Below, in pieces: positions 1-13,316 of a stretch of DNA of 64,000 nucleotides; the stretch's first letter is position 1, and each line of letters starts with the position of its first letter. Where the stretch lies: NCBI GenBank assembly GCA_047967505.1, contig CM106538.1, one strand, 5' to 3'. The stretch comes from Dipteris shenzhenensis (taxonomy: Eukaryota). A program made the translations under genes and the position numbers. The notes beneath the pieces were generated by a model that saw only the letters and a program-made list of their open reading frames with translations, had not been told where the DNA came from and ran no database searches.

Positions 1-59
1 GTTCATCCTACTCTCGCTCTCGCTCTTCTTGTTCCTTCTCTTCCTACTCTATTCTTGCT

Positions 60-900
60 CACCCTGCTCTTGTTTTCCTACTCACCTTTCCCTTCCTACT
101 GAGTGCCCAATGGTTCAGCTTCGCTTCATGGTAGTGCTCCAGGCCAAGGAACCTACCCTGACATCAACCTATGGTAGAGCATGCACAAGTGGGGGGAAAC
201 CTTACAGTGGGTCTAGCCTCGGTGGACTACTCATAGTTGGTTCTCGAATGCCTCCTCAAAAATTGAGAACTAGTTGACCATCACCTGGTCTTCCACTGTG
301 GTGATGACCCGAGCCATGTATTGCCTTGAGACATACCCCATGCTCTTCTTGAGTTTGATGAACTCATACAGGAACCTGCGGGTGGCCTTCAAGCCCTCAT
401 CCTCAGCCTTGTTGATCAAATACCCTTGTGAGGATGAGCCGCCTCCTTTGAAGTACGCAATGTAGTGCTTGGTGTTCACTAGCTTTGTAGAAGTGGTGCG
501 CTACTTCAGCTAGAAGCCTTCTTCAGTAAGTCAGAGGTGATCCTTATATGTGCATTTCATTGATGATGAGACTGTGGTCATCCACATCATATGAGTCTAG
601 GATCTCCTTCGCCAACTCCTTGTTGTAAGCATCCCTCCATGGCAGTTATGCAAATTCCAAGATGCCTCTGAGGACGTCATTGGACTAGCCAGACCCTAGC
701 CAGCGGCGATTGATGCTTTGGAAACAACTTGACCAGTCATGCATTCATGTCAACAGACATGAATCCTATCACCATAGTTGCATTATTCATATCTCTCATG
801 TCGTTGCCCAAGACATCCCAAAATTCTTTGCAAAACTCTGTCGGGGAAGCCACCCAAATTGGGTGCTCTATCATTCTCCATGGAGTTTAAGGCTTTTGCA
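60..900 (-). pseudogene. Decayed TE accessory ORF, possibly plant-mobile-domain / 'putative plant transposon protein' type
   Basis: Minus-strand translation across stops and frameshifts gives GILEFA*LPWRDAYNKELAKEILDSYDVDDHSLIINEMH..ITSDLLKKAF..HYIAYFKGG..GYLINKAED, which resembles LTR-element accessory proteins. The family assignment is from memory only. Confidence 0.35.
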
Positions 901-2014
901 AGCTCTGAATTGCACAGAATAGACAATTAATTACTCGCTCATTTCCATTGAATCAAACTAACTTGATACGACCAAGCCACCTCGGCTTGCAATGGACACG
1001 CCCTAACCTAGCAGCTCAGGTCAGCAGAGGAAGAGAACTCGGCACACTGGTCTCTTGTTCTCTTCTCTACCTATTACAATCAAAATAACTACCTAAAGAA
1101 CCGCCTTCTAAAAGAGTGTGCCCTTGGTGCGCCAACCTCCATTCATCTATTGGCTGCATCGCCCCAATCAACTACACCTCTGCTACAAAATGGGTGCTCT
1201 ATCGCCTCCACTATTCCTCGCTCCTAATCGAGGTATGCTCAGTGACCACATGCAATTGTTCACCTAACCTAGGGCTAATCCAAGGCTAAACCAGGGGCTA
1301 ACATTATCCAATAGAGGTCTTCAAGAGTACAAAGCACCTCTCTTTCAATTTTAAAGTAGGAGATGTTTATCTCTGGCATCTGCAAGAGTCAACCTAGCCC
1401 CATCTTGGAATTGATTTTCCACTTGTACCATTGGGAATAGCAATCGGAAGTGCACCTTTAGTTGCATCCTTTTCACGACGGTGATAGTGCTTCCTAATAT
1501 GGGGTTGTCCCTCTCCTTGAGCTGGCTGCATATCTAAAACATTTGAGAGAGAAGAATCTTAATGTGGCAACTTAACTGGAGTCTGAGAGGTAGAGGGAAT
1601 ATCAACTTGAGAACCCAAATCAACTGAAGGACCGAAATCAGCATCATCCTCAAACTGAACAATATCGAGAGGTGAATGAGGTCATTTGCAAATAAGAAAG
1701 TAGCAGAAGGTCAAGTATTAGAATTTGAATAAGAAGAGCAATTGTCATTTGTGCAGATGAGGATCCTAAAAGTCACTGATGATGGTATGGATGATAACAC
1801 AACCTCTTTGGATGGTCCCTACTATGAGGTAGGCAAGGTTATGAGATGGAGCATGCAATTTTTGAAGATTAGAATGAGACATGTGGTTTTCAATGCTAAA
1901 GCTAAGATATAATACAATATCGAAGGACTTAAAAATGTGCCCACTTACCTAAGCTCTCTTCCTATAAAAGTGGATGATTTCAATGTTGAATCTTCTGTAC
2001 TCAACTACAGAATT

Positions 2015-2190
2015 GATATTTTATCAGGAGTGGATTAATTCATTGGTATCAAGAAAGTTAAAGATTTTAGAAGTGAAGTCTTATCTAGAGTGGATGAATT
2101 CATTCACATTGAGAAAGGCAAGTGTTTCGTTTGTGATGTCTTATCAGGTATGGATGAGTTCATGGGTATTGACAAACTTGGTGTCAAATA
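2015..2190. repeat. Degenerate ~60-bp tandem repeat, about 3 units
   Basis: TTATC..G..TGGAT.A.TTCAT recurs at 2021, 2081 and 2141. Confidence 0.6.
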
Positions 2191-2194
2191 TAAA

Positions 2195-2725
2195 TTGTGG
2201 AGTTGTGAAAACCATGCAAGGTGTGCCAATGGGTGATGTTCTAGGATTTTCAAGGTTCTTAATACTTTTAGAGCACATTTAATGAAAATGGCTTTACAAT
2301 TGTATCAAAGCATGCAAATTGTGGCATTGTGAAACCATGCAAGGTGTCTCAATGAGTGATGTTCTCTCAGAAGTAGAGGAGTTTCAAGGCTGTTCTCAAC
2401 ACTCTCAAAGCACATTTAATGCAAACGACCCTATGATTGTGTCAAAGCATGCAAGGTGTAGAGTTGTGAAAATCATGTAATGCATGTCAATCAGTGATGC
2501 TCTCTCAAGAGTAGAGGAGTTTCAAGGTTCTCAACAATTGCATAGCACATTCAATGCAAACGGCCCTATGGTTGTATCAAAACACCAGATGTCGTGTTGT
2601 CAAAACCATGTAAGGTGTATTAATGAGTGATGTTCTCTCAAGGGTACAGGAGTATTGAGGTTCTCAACACTCTCAGAGCACTTTTAATGCAAATGGTCCT
2701 ATATAGAATTGTATCAAAAGCAAGG
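2195..2725. repeat. Degenerate ~125-138-bp tandem repeat, about 4 units
   Basis: AACCATGCAAGGTGT..CAATGAGTGATGTTCT...TTTCAAGGTTCT...GCACATTTAATGCAAA...TTGTATCAAAGCA recurs near 2210, 2333, 2471 and 2604. Confidence 0.75.
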
Positions 2726-2959
2726 ATGAAATCATCAAAAAATTATTTGGTGTTTGGCTTTAATTGTGATATGATCAAGGATGCAACATGCCATGGATGC
2801 AATGTGACAAACAATTGTGAGGGATAAAGGAGCACAATTACAAAGAACAATGTACACGAGGAACGAAAATGGACATACAAATATATGAAGAAAAATTGAA
2901 TCTAGGAAAATCCTCAAAAGCAACCAAAGAGAATAAGAGTGTTGAATGAAGAGCTTATG

Positions 2960-3922
2960 GTTAATGAATTGGGACTTAAGTGTTGTAAACGAAGATGTAT
3001 GCACTTGCGTTCACTTGCTCAACATCCAAGAATATAGAGAAAATGCGTGGCAAAGGAGAGGAAACGAAAATTCCTCCTTGCAAGATTCTCTTGATTTTTT
3101 TATAATGACAAGAAAAGGCCACGTTTAGGAAAAAAGTTCAACCCTCTCATAAATGGGAAGAGGATTTGCAATAATGCATATTGCACTATTACTAGATTAT
3201 CACATGGCACATATTTTAGTTAATAAAGCCAAAGGAGGAGTAAAATTTAGCATCCATGGTAACACAGGAAGGTCCAAAACAAGAAGCACAAGTGTAACGG
3301 CAATAGCAATTTTGAAAGACTTCATCGAGAAAAATACTTTACATCAACTACCAAACTCCATGACGGTGAAGAGGTAATTGAGAAGCACCTTCCAATGGGC
3401 TTCAGTGAAAAGGAAGTATTTGAGAAAATCGGAGAAAAAATAAGGTGAAGAGGGCATTACATGAATTCTTCTCATACTTTGTATACTCTTTGACAGAAGA
3501 AATTTGCACATGTTAAAGCCCCAAAAAGGCAAAAAATCTCAAAGTGAAATGGTTGTGATGATTTAAAGCATGCAATTGAGAGTGCACCTGGTCCACAGGA
3601 AAGGAAATTATACAAAAAGAAATGATATTATCATGGACTTGCTTGGCATGCGAGACATAATTATGTATTTTGGAAGGAGCAAGCTATTTTGCATCCAAAG
3701 AAGCACATGGGCCTTATTGTGGATGGTATGGATAAGAATACAACATTGCCTCGATTTTTCGCCACTCCATCTAAGCTACAAGAAGAACACCTTTTAAAGA
3801 CACATTTATGTGGAGTGTTTGTGCATAACTTTAGGTTTTTTGATAACATATGGATTGATCCCTTGGATCCACATGATAGCAATCACGTTACACTAATGTC
3901 AATAGGTCTCAAAGAGCTTTAA
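2960..3922 (+). pseudogene. DNA-transposase relic, DUF7869-like
   Basis: Fragments appear in the expected order: CCKRRC, HGNTGRSKTRS..AIAILKDFIEKN..QLPN, LIVDGMDKNTTLPRF..LLKTHLCGVFVHN..HDSN. There are multiple stops and frameshifts. Confidence 0.6.
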
Positions 3923-5478
3923 TCCACAAGAATCGTCCAAGCATTGAGCTAGTTGAGTGCTTCCGAATGGCAAATATTGTGCATGAAAAAACCATGAAAA
4001 AGTCTCCAAAATTAGACAAATGTAGTTTTCAATATATCAATGGTGTGACAGGTTCATTCTATCATGGTGTACCTTGTGTTATAGAGACATATTCACAGGT
4101 GGGATTGTTCACTCGCACAATAATAGACGGTGAGGTGGGAGAATTGGAGGCAATGTGTATATTTTCTTAAGAGTGATTAGTAAGTAAAGGAGTGGGTGGG
4201 AATAGACACTATAAAGGATCGGGACAAGGCTATTGGAAAAGATACTCAATACAACAATCCATGTGTAGGAAAAGCATTGTTCATCCATTCTGGTGTAGAT
4301 TTGTTTCCATACAATGACACAGAATTCCAATTATGTGAATGGAAAGCTTTGGTGCAATGCAATCCACGAATTCAGAAGTACACACTTTGTGAGGATCACC
4401 ATGTACAACTAGAGACCGAGAGGGTGATGATTAGAGGACTAGAGCGAGGGAATATGGGGGCACTCTTGTTGTAAATCCCGACGCAATTGTGGACGCTTGA
4501 AGCTCTTCTATAGGGTTGAGGTCTAGGTTGAAGTGCCGCTGAATGATGTCATAGTGGCATAGGACTAGTCTGTATGTGCCATTTAATGGACTATCTTTTC
4601 ATAGATTAAGCAGTTTATAATTGTTAGTGCATAGATTGGCTTGGTCTATGAGTTTACAGACATAATCCAAGCTAGATTTGAACCTATAAAGGCCCTTGCC
4701 ATGTTGAACATTGTTCGAGCACTATGTTGCATGAGCCCTACGTTGTGTCACCAATGTTGGCGGTTGTCCATAATATTGTGTATGCATTGAAGCCTTCATG
4801 CCTTCGTGGTGTCAGTTGAATCAACAACCGGTTCATCACCAAAGAGATAGAGACTCAGAGGCTCCGATGCTAGTTTAGTACATCTAGATGTTTCAAATGA
4901 CATCCTTCTTACGATGTTTCAAATGACATCCTTCTTACGTTGGGAGGCATTTAGACTTAAGGCTCCCCATCCTTACTTTGGGAGGCATTCCAAATTCCAA
5001 ACCTTGAGGCTACTTACAATACTCAAAGTCTACTACAAGTCTTCCATTGAGTGTCACGTGTGACTACTTAATCATGCCTACATATGATGTAGTTGCCTTT
5101 GGTGCCTCCAATACAACTATGAGGCAGCCCCATCAAAGCCACCAAAAATGGAAAAACAAAGCACCACTTAGGGCAAGATCTGTATGCATCACAACTCACT
5201 TGAAATTTTAAAGCCCTCTAAAATTCACTTCGCCTATATTTTCATTCCCATGGCATGCTTGGCAAAAGTGAAGGCCAATTTGCAACGTATGGTGGTGAGG
5301 AGAGGGTGGAATGGGATAAGTCCAAAGGCACAAGTACATCATCTTTGATGGAGATTTTTGGCATGGGACACAACAAGTGAGTACAAGTACTCGTGCCTTA
5401 GGTTTTGCCAAACGCAAACGATTTTCAAGATGAATGGATGATGCAACCGCTTGCAAATGCAAAGAGATTTGCAAACTC

Positions 5479-5593
<115 letters not shown>

Positions 5594-7010
5594 CAAAATA
5601 TAAGGGGGCCATTTGGCAAGAAACTATGGGGCACGCTTTTTAACAAAAGTGTTAGTATAGCGCTGCCTAGCAGTGCTAACAAACCTTTGGTATCGTGCAA
5701 CCCCTCTTTATTACCCATTGCCTCAACAAGTGTTGCACTAAAGGATTGATGTGAGTTCATGAAGAACGCAATGAAAGGTTGCACTTCATTGCTTGGAGAG
5801 CGGTAATGGAAAAATAGTACACGCATAGGCACACCTTCAAATATGTATCCTCGATGCACTTTCTACATACATTTGGCAAAAAGACTATTTTCTTGAGAGC
5901 AAATGTAACTCTTTCATTAAGCTTTGATACTCAGAATGATTATGACACTTTTCAAAGTAACTCTAGTAACTCTTTCATAAGGGTAATCAATTGCAAATAC
6001 ATAACATTAATTAGAAAAATTTTAAGGGATTGACATCCACGTACCAAAATACAAGGAATTTCAACTAAGTTTTAAGTGCACTTCTAGCACACATTTGCTT
6101 TTACCTGCATGACCCATCCATGAGAACTAGAAACCAGGATTTCAATTCCAATGACACAGAACCAAAAGCACATTTACAACTAAGAGACTGGCATCTAATT
6201 CCCCTTGCATATTTAAACTAAACCATTATTTATTATGATTACATTACATTACTGACAACATTGCCAGGTCTTAAAGGGTAATCTTGACGTAAATTAGGCA
6301 CTCCCATTGGATGTCAACATTTTGAAGTAGCTCTCTTAAAACCTTTTGGAATATCCAACATACGTATAAAAATAACCAGATGTATATCAGCTCTTTGATG
6401 TCACTGCAAAAAAACCTCATGGATGGTGCCAGAGCATTGCAGGGAAGATGTATGCAAAATCCATGCACCAAGATCAAAACGGCGACATAAAAGCCATTAT
6501 AAGACCGACATGATAGGACAATCAAAATATTCAGTAAAGTTATCTCCCATCTTCAACAATTTAACTAATAAATACAAGAAATATAACAGATTCATGGCAA
6601 TAAATTAAGTCATAACTGAGTAAATCACCCGAAGTAGTCTCCAAGGAAAAACTTAAACTAGTAGCCCACAGTTACACAGACAAAAAAAAAGCTATTCCTG
6701 AACTTACAAAAAGGCATGCAGCAATACAGGTTTGAGACAATTGTCCGCAGAGGTTTACAGGTACAAATTACTATGCAGGGAGCATAAAACAAAAGTTGTC
6801 CCCATTGTTCTCAAAAAGCAAGCTTGGCTTCTTGCAATAGGAATGGTTAGTTTATACAATGCCAACGAGGCCAACGAGGCCATCTGATTTCAGAGCCACA
6901 TATTGATAAAATACTGATACATGATTAAGGATAGGCTATTTAACATGGCATAAACCTGTTTGAAATTTCTGAGAGTTGCCAACAACACATGATTGCCCAC
7001 TTCCAATGGT

Positions 7011-7751
7011 TTACTTGGCATGGCCAAAGCACTGACCAAGGGTATTACTTTCGCACACTTGTTGAGCACCTTCACTATCTGTGCAGAAACTGCCTGTCCT
7101 TGACAAGCAATGTCTTCTTCTCAGTCCAAAAGAAAGAATTTCCTCTTCAAATTCCTCATTGCTTACAATTGAAAGTAGCCCTTCCTTTCCTCTTACACAT
7201 TGAAAAGCTCTCTCTTCCTTTCCTAACATTGTCTCACTGGTAGAGAGACCAGTTTCAGTGCACAGATTTGAGATCCTGGAAACAGAAGATTCTGGAGTGT
7301 CCACCACAACAGATGAACTGGACCCTTCTTCTGAGGCCTCTAATGTTTCAACACTTGCAAGCTGAGTGCTGGAAGGTGGCCTGTTCTCCCCAAAATTATG
7401 CAGCCTTTTCCCAATGAGATATCTATCATCCCGAATAGAATTGTGAAGGTCTAAAACGTAATGATGCGCACATTTGACTCCATACCACACAACCCCCAAC
7501 ATAAGGCATCCTGACCAGACAAAGCGGTAGACTGCAGAATTTACAGTAGGGGAGAATCCAAGTGCAGGAAACAAGCCACGAGCAAACACATATGGAACAC
7601 ACAAAACTGTCAACAACTTCACGAGGATAGGTGCCACAATCTCCTGCATGACCCACATTACTCTGAGACGGGAAAATCCATCTGCTTTGACTTGCTCAAA
7701 CTTCATGCGCCAGCTCTCATCGGCCAGCGGAGTCACCTGACCCAACATAAC
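7011..7751 (-). CDS. SUD1: SUD1/CER9/DOA10A-like E3 ubiquitin ligase, terminal exon (phase 0, TAA at 7011-7013)
   Basis: VMLGQVTPLADESWRMKFEQVKADGFSRL...VNSAVYRF...LHNSIRDDRYLIGKRLHNFGE is the conserved Doa10/MARCH6 C-terminal element. Acceptor ttttacAG|GTT; length 741 nt. Confidence 0.93.
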   Translation of the reverse strand, partial: VMLGQVTPLADESWRMKFEQVKADGFSRLRVMWVMQEIVAPILVKLLTVLCVPYVFARGLFPALGFSPTVNSAVYRFVWSGCLMLGVVWYGVKCAHHYVLDLHNSIRDDRYLIGKRLHNFGENRPPSSTQLASVETLEASEEGSSSSVVVDTPESSVSRISNLCTETGLSTSETMLGKEERAFQCVRGKEGLLSIVSNEEFEEEILSFGLRRRHCLSRTGSFCTDSEGAQQVCESNTLGQCFGHAK

Positions 7752-10130
7752 CTGTAAAATACAGTTTTTCTTTTAGCTCGAAAAATAAAAACTGCTAGTT
7801 AAAAAAGGTTCAAAAAACGTGATGTTATCTTTCAAGTAGCAGGAATCAAAGTACCTACCTTTCAAGTGGAGAGTTCTTACATGAAAATTAGAGCTCTATC
7901 AGCGAAGTGGGAAAAATAACATTTGAAAACACACAAACTGTCAGCGAGTATCTACTAAACCATAGTAATGTGAGACAGACAGCCATGACTAAGGGAAAAA
8001 GCTGATTTCTCGCGACTGTCAGCAAGCATCTCAATGTCTAATCCTTGCATCCGTTATTAAGAAGCTGAACATCAAAAACAGGAATGGATTCTGACTACGT
8101 TTGATTCTCCAATATTCTTAAATATGCAACAATACTTAATAAAGATTAGGGCAGTCAGCTTAATATTGGACCCCTATTTTGTGTATTAATAGGTTTCCAC
8201 TTACAGTTCTTTTAGTAATCCTGCAGTTTTGTACTTATTTTGGGAATTGAATGTGAGCACGCCACATGTCATAGGGAAGCTCATGAACCCAGCTGTACTT
8301 TCAAAGTAGCTCCCATCCTCTTTGTGCTTGAACATACAAGGAGTACAGCCTCATGTGAGCTCCCATTGGTCACTGCCCTCTTAACACTTTTACCAAGTGT
8401 TATCTTTTGACCTCCTCCCTTTACCTTGTCTCTATTTCCTGCTATTTAGTATTGTTCCAATTATCAGTAGCTGTAGATTTGTTTGATTTGGTATAAGAGC
8501 CCTTTCTTGGAAAATTACAGCATGAATACATGCCACAAGGCCATTATATATGAAACTTGGAGCAATAATTGCTTGGACCATATACAAGAAGTTAAGCCAA
8601 TCAGCAGATCGCCACATGTCCTCATCTGGAAGGCTGACCTCGAAATGCTCAGAAATAAGTTCTTTTAATACCATCATGCTCTTTTGAGCACAACTATGTG
8701 CTGATCACTGAAAATTAAGCAGATTTGAGTCGCCCAATATTTTGTCATGACAAGGAAAATGGCTATTTTGTTAATTATAGACATGAGAACATTAGTACAA
8801 TGATGCGCCAATTTCATGGTGATGTATTTATGATGGACACCGACCGATATTGTTATGGCGGTCGATCATCTGAGTAGATAGGGCCGTTGAGCTAGAGGCA
8901 CTGCTTCAGACGGCATCAAATTTGGACATGTAACACTTACTTTATTAATAAAGATGTGCACCCATGTGTCTACGTCCTAGGGGCAATAGGAAAGGGAAGG
9001 GTGCATTAGAGTACATTGAATGGTAGGTACATGGGTCATAGGCTAGGGGTAGGTCTAAATGGGGAGACGGAACTTGAGTGATCTCAAGGATATTGATGAA
9101 GGGGTTCTCCCCTTCATTGTGATCTCACGTAGCATTCTCTCTACCATCTTGCATTCATCCACTATCTCTCTCTCTGACCTTGCATATAGGTGAAACAGAA
9201 AAAAGTACTCTCAAGAGGGCGCTTTTTCTAAGGCCCCAATTAGCTTGAAATTCTGCATGCATTGCACTCATTTGCATTCTTGTATGTCTGGAACTTCACA
9301 TTTAATATCAGAGGAGCAGGCTGTTGTTCGGGCACAGATTTACGGACAGTGCAAAGAGCGCATGGAAAGAGGAGGTGCTTACATGAGCAGAAGGATGCCG
9401 CATGAAAATGTAGGACATGTGGACCAGTGCTTCCCAAGCCTCTTCTTGAAACGTTGCTTCATTGCTTCATAAGGTTCCGGGACTTTTGTCATAGATTTTT
9501 TTGTAACTGCCTTTGAAAAATTGCACCTTCAATGTTCCTTTGGAATGAAATGGAAGCTCCAGGAGCTGCTCATAGTTGGGTGGTGCATCAAAGTTTAATT
9601 GCACTTTCCTCCATTACTATTTTTAATAAATAGTAATGAATTTGATTTGGGGCATTAATGCCTCCTCATTTGCTGACGTGGTGGTGTGGTGATGACTTGG
9701 CGGTGCAAGAGCAACAGTTATTGGCCCTCCCTATGGCACTATAGTAGGCTTGAAATGCGTTTCCGGACAGCCCAAAACTACGAAATGTTTCAGAAACATT
9801 TCAATTCTGAAACTTGCGTTTCGGGACCCCCAAAAACCCCAATGTTCAAAAAATCCCAATATGTCCCAATTTTGGGAAATCTGGTGTCGCCTTGCATTTT
9901 TGCCACCTGTGTATAGAAATCGACCTTCAACCCGTACATTTTCCTTTAGCCCGTCCAAGTGCAGCATGGACATAAATCATGATTCATGATTCCATCTATC
10001 TTTTTCAATTTTCAAATATGACCATTGATGCTTGAACCTACAATGATGTGTTGTTAATTTTCTGATTTAGGATTTAGTAATATGTTTCAAGCATTCAATT
10101 TCAAGTTCTAAGTGACATATCAAATGATGT

Positions 10131-10739
10131 TGTTAGAAATCGACCAACAGAGGATACACACAGCGGAAGACTGATAGAATAGCCCAGGAGCTCACACAAT
10201 GTGCGTGGGGAGTGGGATCACAAACTTCTTTACTTAATGTGTGTAGGCAGCCTCTGCATGGCTGCCACATGTCACAAGGAGCGCCAAGTATGAGGGTCCC
10301 ACTCCCCCGCCTCCTAGCCACGCAAGCCTCCCCATTCCCAAAAAGAGCCGCTCGGGATATGGGGAAGGTCTCTCCAATGCCCTTCTTATATTCCAGGATT
10401 CCCATGATCATCCCATGCTTATAGGATTTCTTTATGCCCAATTATCCACGTGTCACCTGCGCGTCCCAAGGGCCTTCTTAGCCCTTTAAAGCAAGACAGT
10501 CCTGCATGGATCTGCTCCTGACAGCCAGGTTTTTTTCTTTGGCTTCCTTTGAACAATGCTGCCCACATGACAGCCTTGCTGCTGTCCATGTGGTAACCAC
10601 TTCTCTCTTTTCTCTATCTGATCCCTGCCCTCATGGCAGCCATGCTGCCGCCCATGTGGCCATCTCTCCGACACCAGGTTCACCCCCCCATGCTCTCCTC
10701 ATATGGGGGCTTACAAATGGAGAGGTGACCTTTCCAACA
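10131..10739 (-). mobile_element. Solo LTR of the copia G family, internally deleted, in a SUD1 intron
   Basis: Both ends are reverse-complement matches to the ends of LTR 60474-61553 (TGTTGGAAAGGTCACCTC... and ...TTTCTAACA). Flanks GATGT/TAGGT form only an imperfect TSD. Confidence 0.85.
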
Positions 10740-11934
10740 TAGGTTTCATGAGTTTTTTTCAAGTATTGGACTTCTGGTGGTAATAATCTAAGATGTTTTA
10801 ATATTTTTGGGAAAAAATATATGCTTAAAACCCCAAAACGTGTTTCAAAACTCCTCGACTACTATGCCTCAGCTCTGAGGAAGCTTGTTTATGCAAATAT
10901 CGATAGCAAGTTCATCCATAGATCACTGGCTATAAATAGAAACTCAAAACATCTATATCTTGGAACTTAATATTCTTTAAGAGTTTCCAGTTGGTGAGCT
11001 CTTCTCTTTGAAGATAACATTCAGGTAAAGTATTATCCCCAAGGTGTATTGTAGGCCATCTTTATCACTCTGGTGGAGTAAACGCCATATCGCATCACAT
11101 TCCATTAAAGTAAAAAATCTTAAAAGTTAGTGCATGGACCTAGAGAAGCAGAGCTATACAAACCGGTCAGGCACCCTCCTATTAAAGTATGACCTAGCAT
11201 TACCATACAGAGTGCCCTTAAGCAAATTATGCAGAACTGTGCATAGTCTTGGTGAGGCGGACCTCAGGCCGCCACCTTACGGATTAGGTTTTTTTGATCC
11301 GTTGATTCCAAGGTAATGGCACACATCTCAAAGTCCTTAACCAATTTGTGTGCACCAAGTTAGCCTCTCTAGTGATTCTGGTGCTCAAATAAATATATAG
11401 GCAGAGGTGTGTCAGTGGCACCTAGCAATCCTCTTGATGATTGCATATCAGGTCCTAGCTCAATATGTTTAAGCTCCGCATGACTGAACAGGTCACCGAG
11501 CCTTGATGGCTCTTATGTTGGGCTTCCATTAACCACCTCTCTATTTGGGTTGTGCCTTTGTTGAGCAACACCAGGGATTTCACCCCATAGTTATAACTAG
11601 GGTGGACATTGAGTCCCAAACCCCTCAAATACATATACCTGATTTATAAGGAAAACCAGCTGGGATTAATTTTAACAAGACATTCACCTGAAAAGGATAC
11701 TTCTTTAATCTGGTTCATGACAGAAATAGCACAAGAAACGCAACATACAACTTATCGATGATTCAATAAAAGTGAAGCATGACATCAATAAACTGATGCC
11801 TGCAGAGGACTAACAAATAAGCACACAAACAGACACATAAAACATCACAGAACCATAGGCGCACGTGCATGCACCCACCTGCACGGGTGCATGGTTTGGT
11901 GTGGAGAACATCCTGTGGGTAAAAGAGAAGGGGG

Positions 11935-11960
11935 TAGAGAGAGAGAGAGAGAGAGAGAGA
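11935..11960. repeat. (GA/CT)n microsatellite at a splice donor
   Basis: Direct reading. Confidence 0.95.
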
Positions 11961-11961
11961 C

Positions 11962-12108
11962 CAGTCTTGTCCAAATCTTGAGAAACACCAGACCCAAAGC
12001 CCAATCTTGATATAGAAGGAACATGGGACTCTCATCAATGGGAACACGCAAGGGTACAACCACCAGAAGCTCAAATAGAAGACCTATGAGGACCGGGATA
12101 ACGACAAT
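11962..12108 (-). CDS. SUD1: SUD1-like exon (147 nt, phase 0/0)
   Basis: IVVIPVLIGLLFELLVVVPLRVPIDESPMFLLYQDWALGLVFLKIWTRL. Acceptor ttgcAG, donor CTG|GTCTCT. Confidence 0.92.
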
Positions 12109-12649
12109 CTGCAAGAACATAGAACTGTGTCAGTACTCACATCGGTAGTTACAGTGTAGAGGGTTAAAACATAAACTTTCACATGTAGGAAATGTGCCCA
12201 CACGCATCCTAAAAGCAAAACACACAGTGCAAGTTTCTCCACATGATACATACCCAAGGTAGAAATCATTAATCCATGACACATAGTAGGACTAGCTACT
12301 TTGGCATCCCCACCGATGTCATCAATGCACAATGGTGGGTGTATTCTAGTATAAACAGTTCCTATAAGAACTTTGGAGGTAGAGGCCAGGATCCCCTCAT
12401 GAAAGTAGTCCATATTCTCTTTATCCAAAGCTACAGCTGTTAAAAGACAGGACTATTTCATTTTTGGCTCCACAAATTCTACAAACATAAAGGCCTTATT
12501 TTGATTTGGCACCTTCATCAGGCTTAGGAGGACAACATACTATGCTATTACTCACATTGTCAGGGTCTAAGGTTTTAACAGAAGATATGTTCGCTCTAAT
12601 ATTCATTTATTTATACACGGGGGAAATTCAAGTCTATTCAAGAGCTTAC

Positions 12650-12813
12650 CCATAAAGATAGCAGCATGATGCTTTTTGTCACAATTGCAGACCACTTTAA
12701 TGTTTGCATGGCTAGGACTCTGGCGTCATGTCTTTTGAAATAGTCCACAGCGTACCCAATTGCAGCAGCAGTTGCCCATATCACATAGCAACCAATATTG
12801 AATGCATACAAAT
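12650..12813 (-). CDS. SUD1: SUD1-like exon (164 nt, phase 1/0)
   Basis: (D)LYAFNIGCYVIW...KWSAIVTKSIMLLSLW. Acceptor ttacAG, donor TGG|GTAAGC. Confidence 0.92.
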
Positions 12814-13058
12814 CTGTAATCAAAGAATCAGAATGAAACCTCCATATGCTGCAACCAATGCTGAAAACACACAAATCTGCAATCCTGGAGGTTCAAAATG
12901 CAGCTTTCATGCCCTGCTTATCCTAACTCTGAAAAATTAACGACTCACCATCTCTTGAACTCTAGTGGCCTACAAAGAATCTTAAGACAGTTTTCAAAAC
13001 TATCAGATGATAGATTTTCTTTGTAAAACCTTGAAGTGAAAGTGAGAATCGTATTTAC

Positions 13059-13216
13059 CATTACATTTTACACCATAAGTAATTGGAAGGCGAGATATAG
13101 AAGAGAATAAAGCTCTTCCAAATGACACAGGCAACAGCACGATGGCTGAATTGAAAAAAAGGAGCGTGAACCATGCCGCAAATAGCAACAAAACAACACG
13201 TACTGCAAACTTGTAC
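13059..13216 (-). CDS. SUD1: SUD1-like exon (158 nt, phase 2/1)
   Basis: YKFAVRVVLLLFAAWFTLLFFNSAIVLLPVSFGRALF...GVKCN. Acceptor taacAG, donor G|GTAAAT. Confidence 0.92.
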
Positions 13217-13316
13217 CTGTTACAATGGAATCCAAAATCACTTAGAGCTCAATAGAAACCAGCTCATACAGAAATCTAAGCTGGTTCAAAAGATTAGCTA
13301 AAAGACAGGGACTTAC

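Noticed and set aside
1300-1920. Gypsy integrase C-terminal relic (FKVGDV...GPY)
   Set aside because: Only two short motifs separated by unrelated sequence; too decayed to call.
2195-2725. CRISPR-like array
   Set aside because: The whole unit repeats with no unique spacers, there are no cas genes, and the context is eukaryotic.
8830-9195. Possible solo LTR in the last SUD1 intron
   Set aside because: No clear termini, TSD or second copy in the window.
9740-10866. Possible hAT/MITE with (C/T)ATAGTAG..TTGAAA termini hosting the solo LTR
   Set aside because: The TIR match is gapped and there is no TSD; it is plausible but unsupported.
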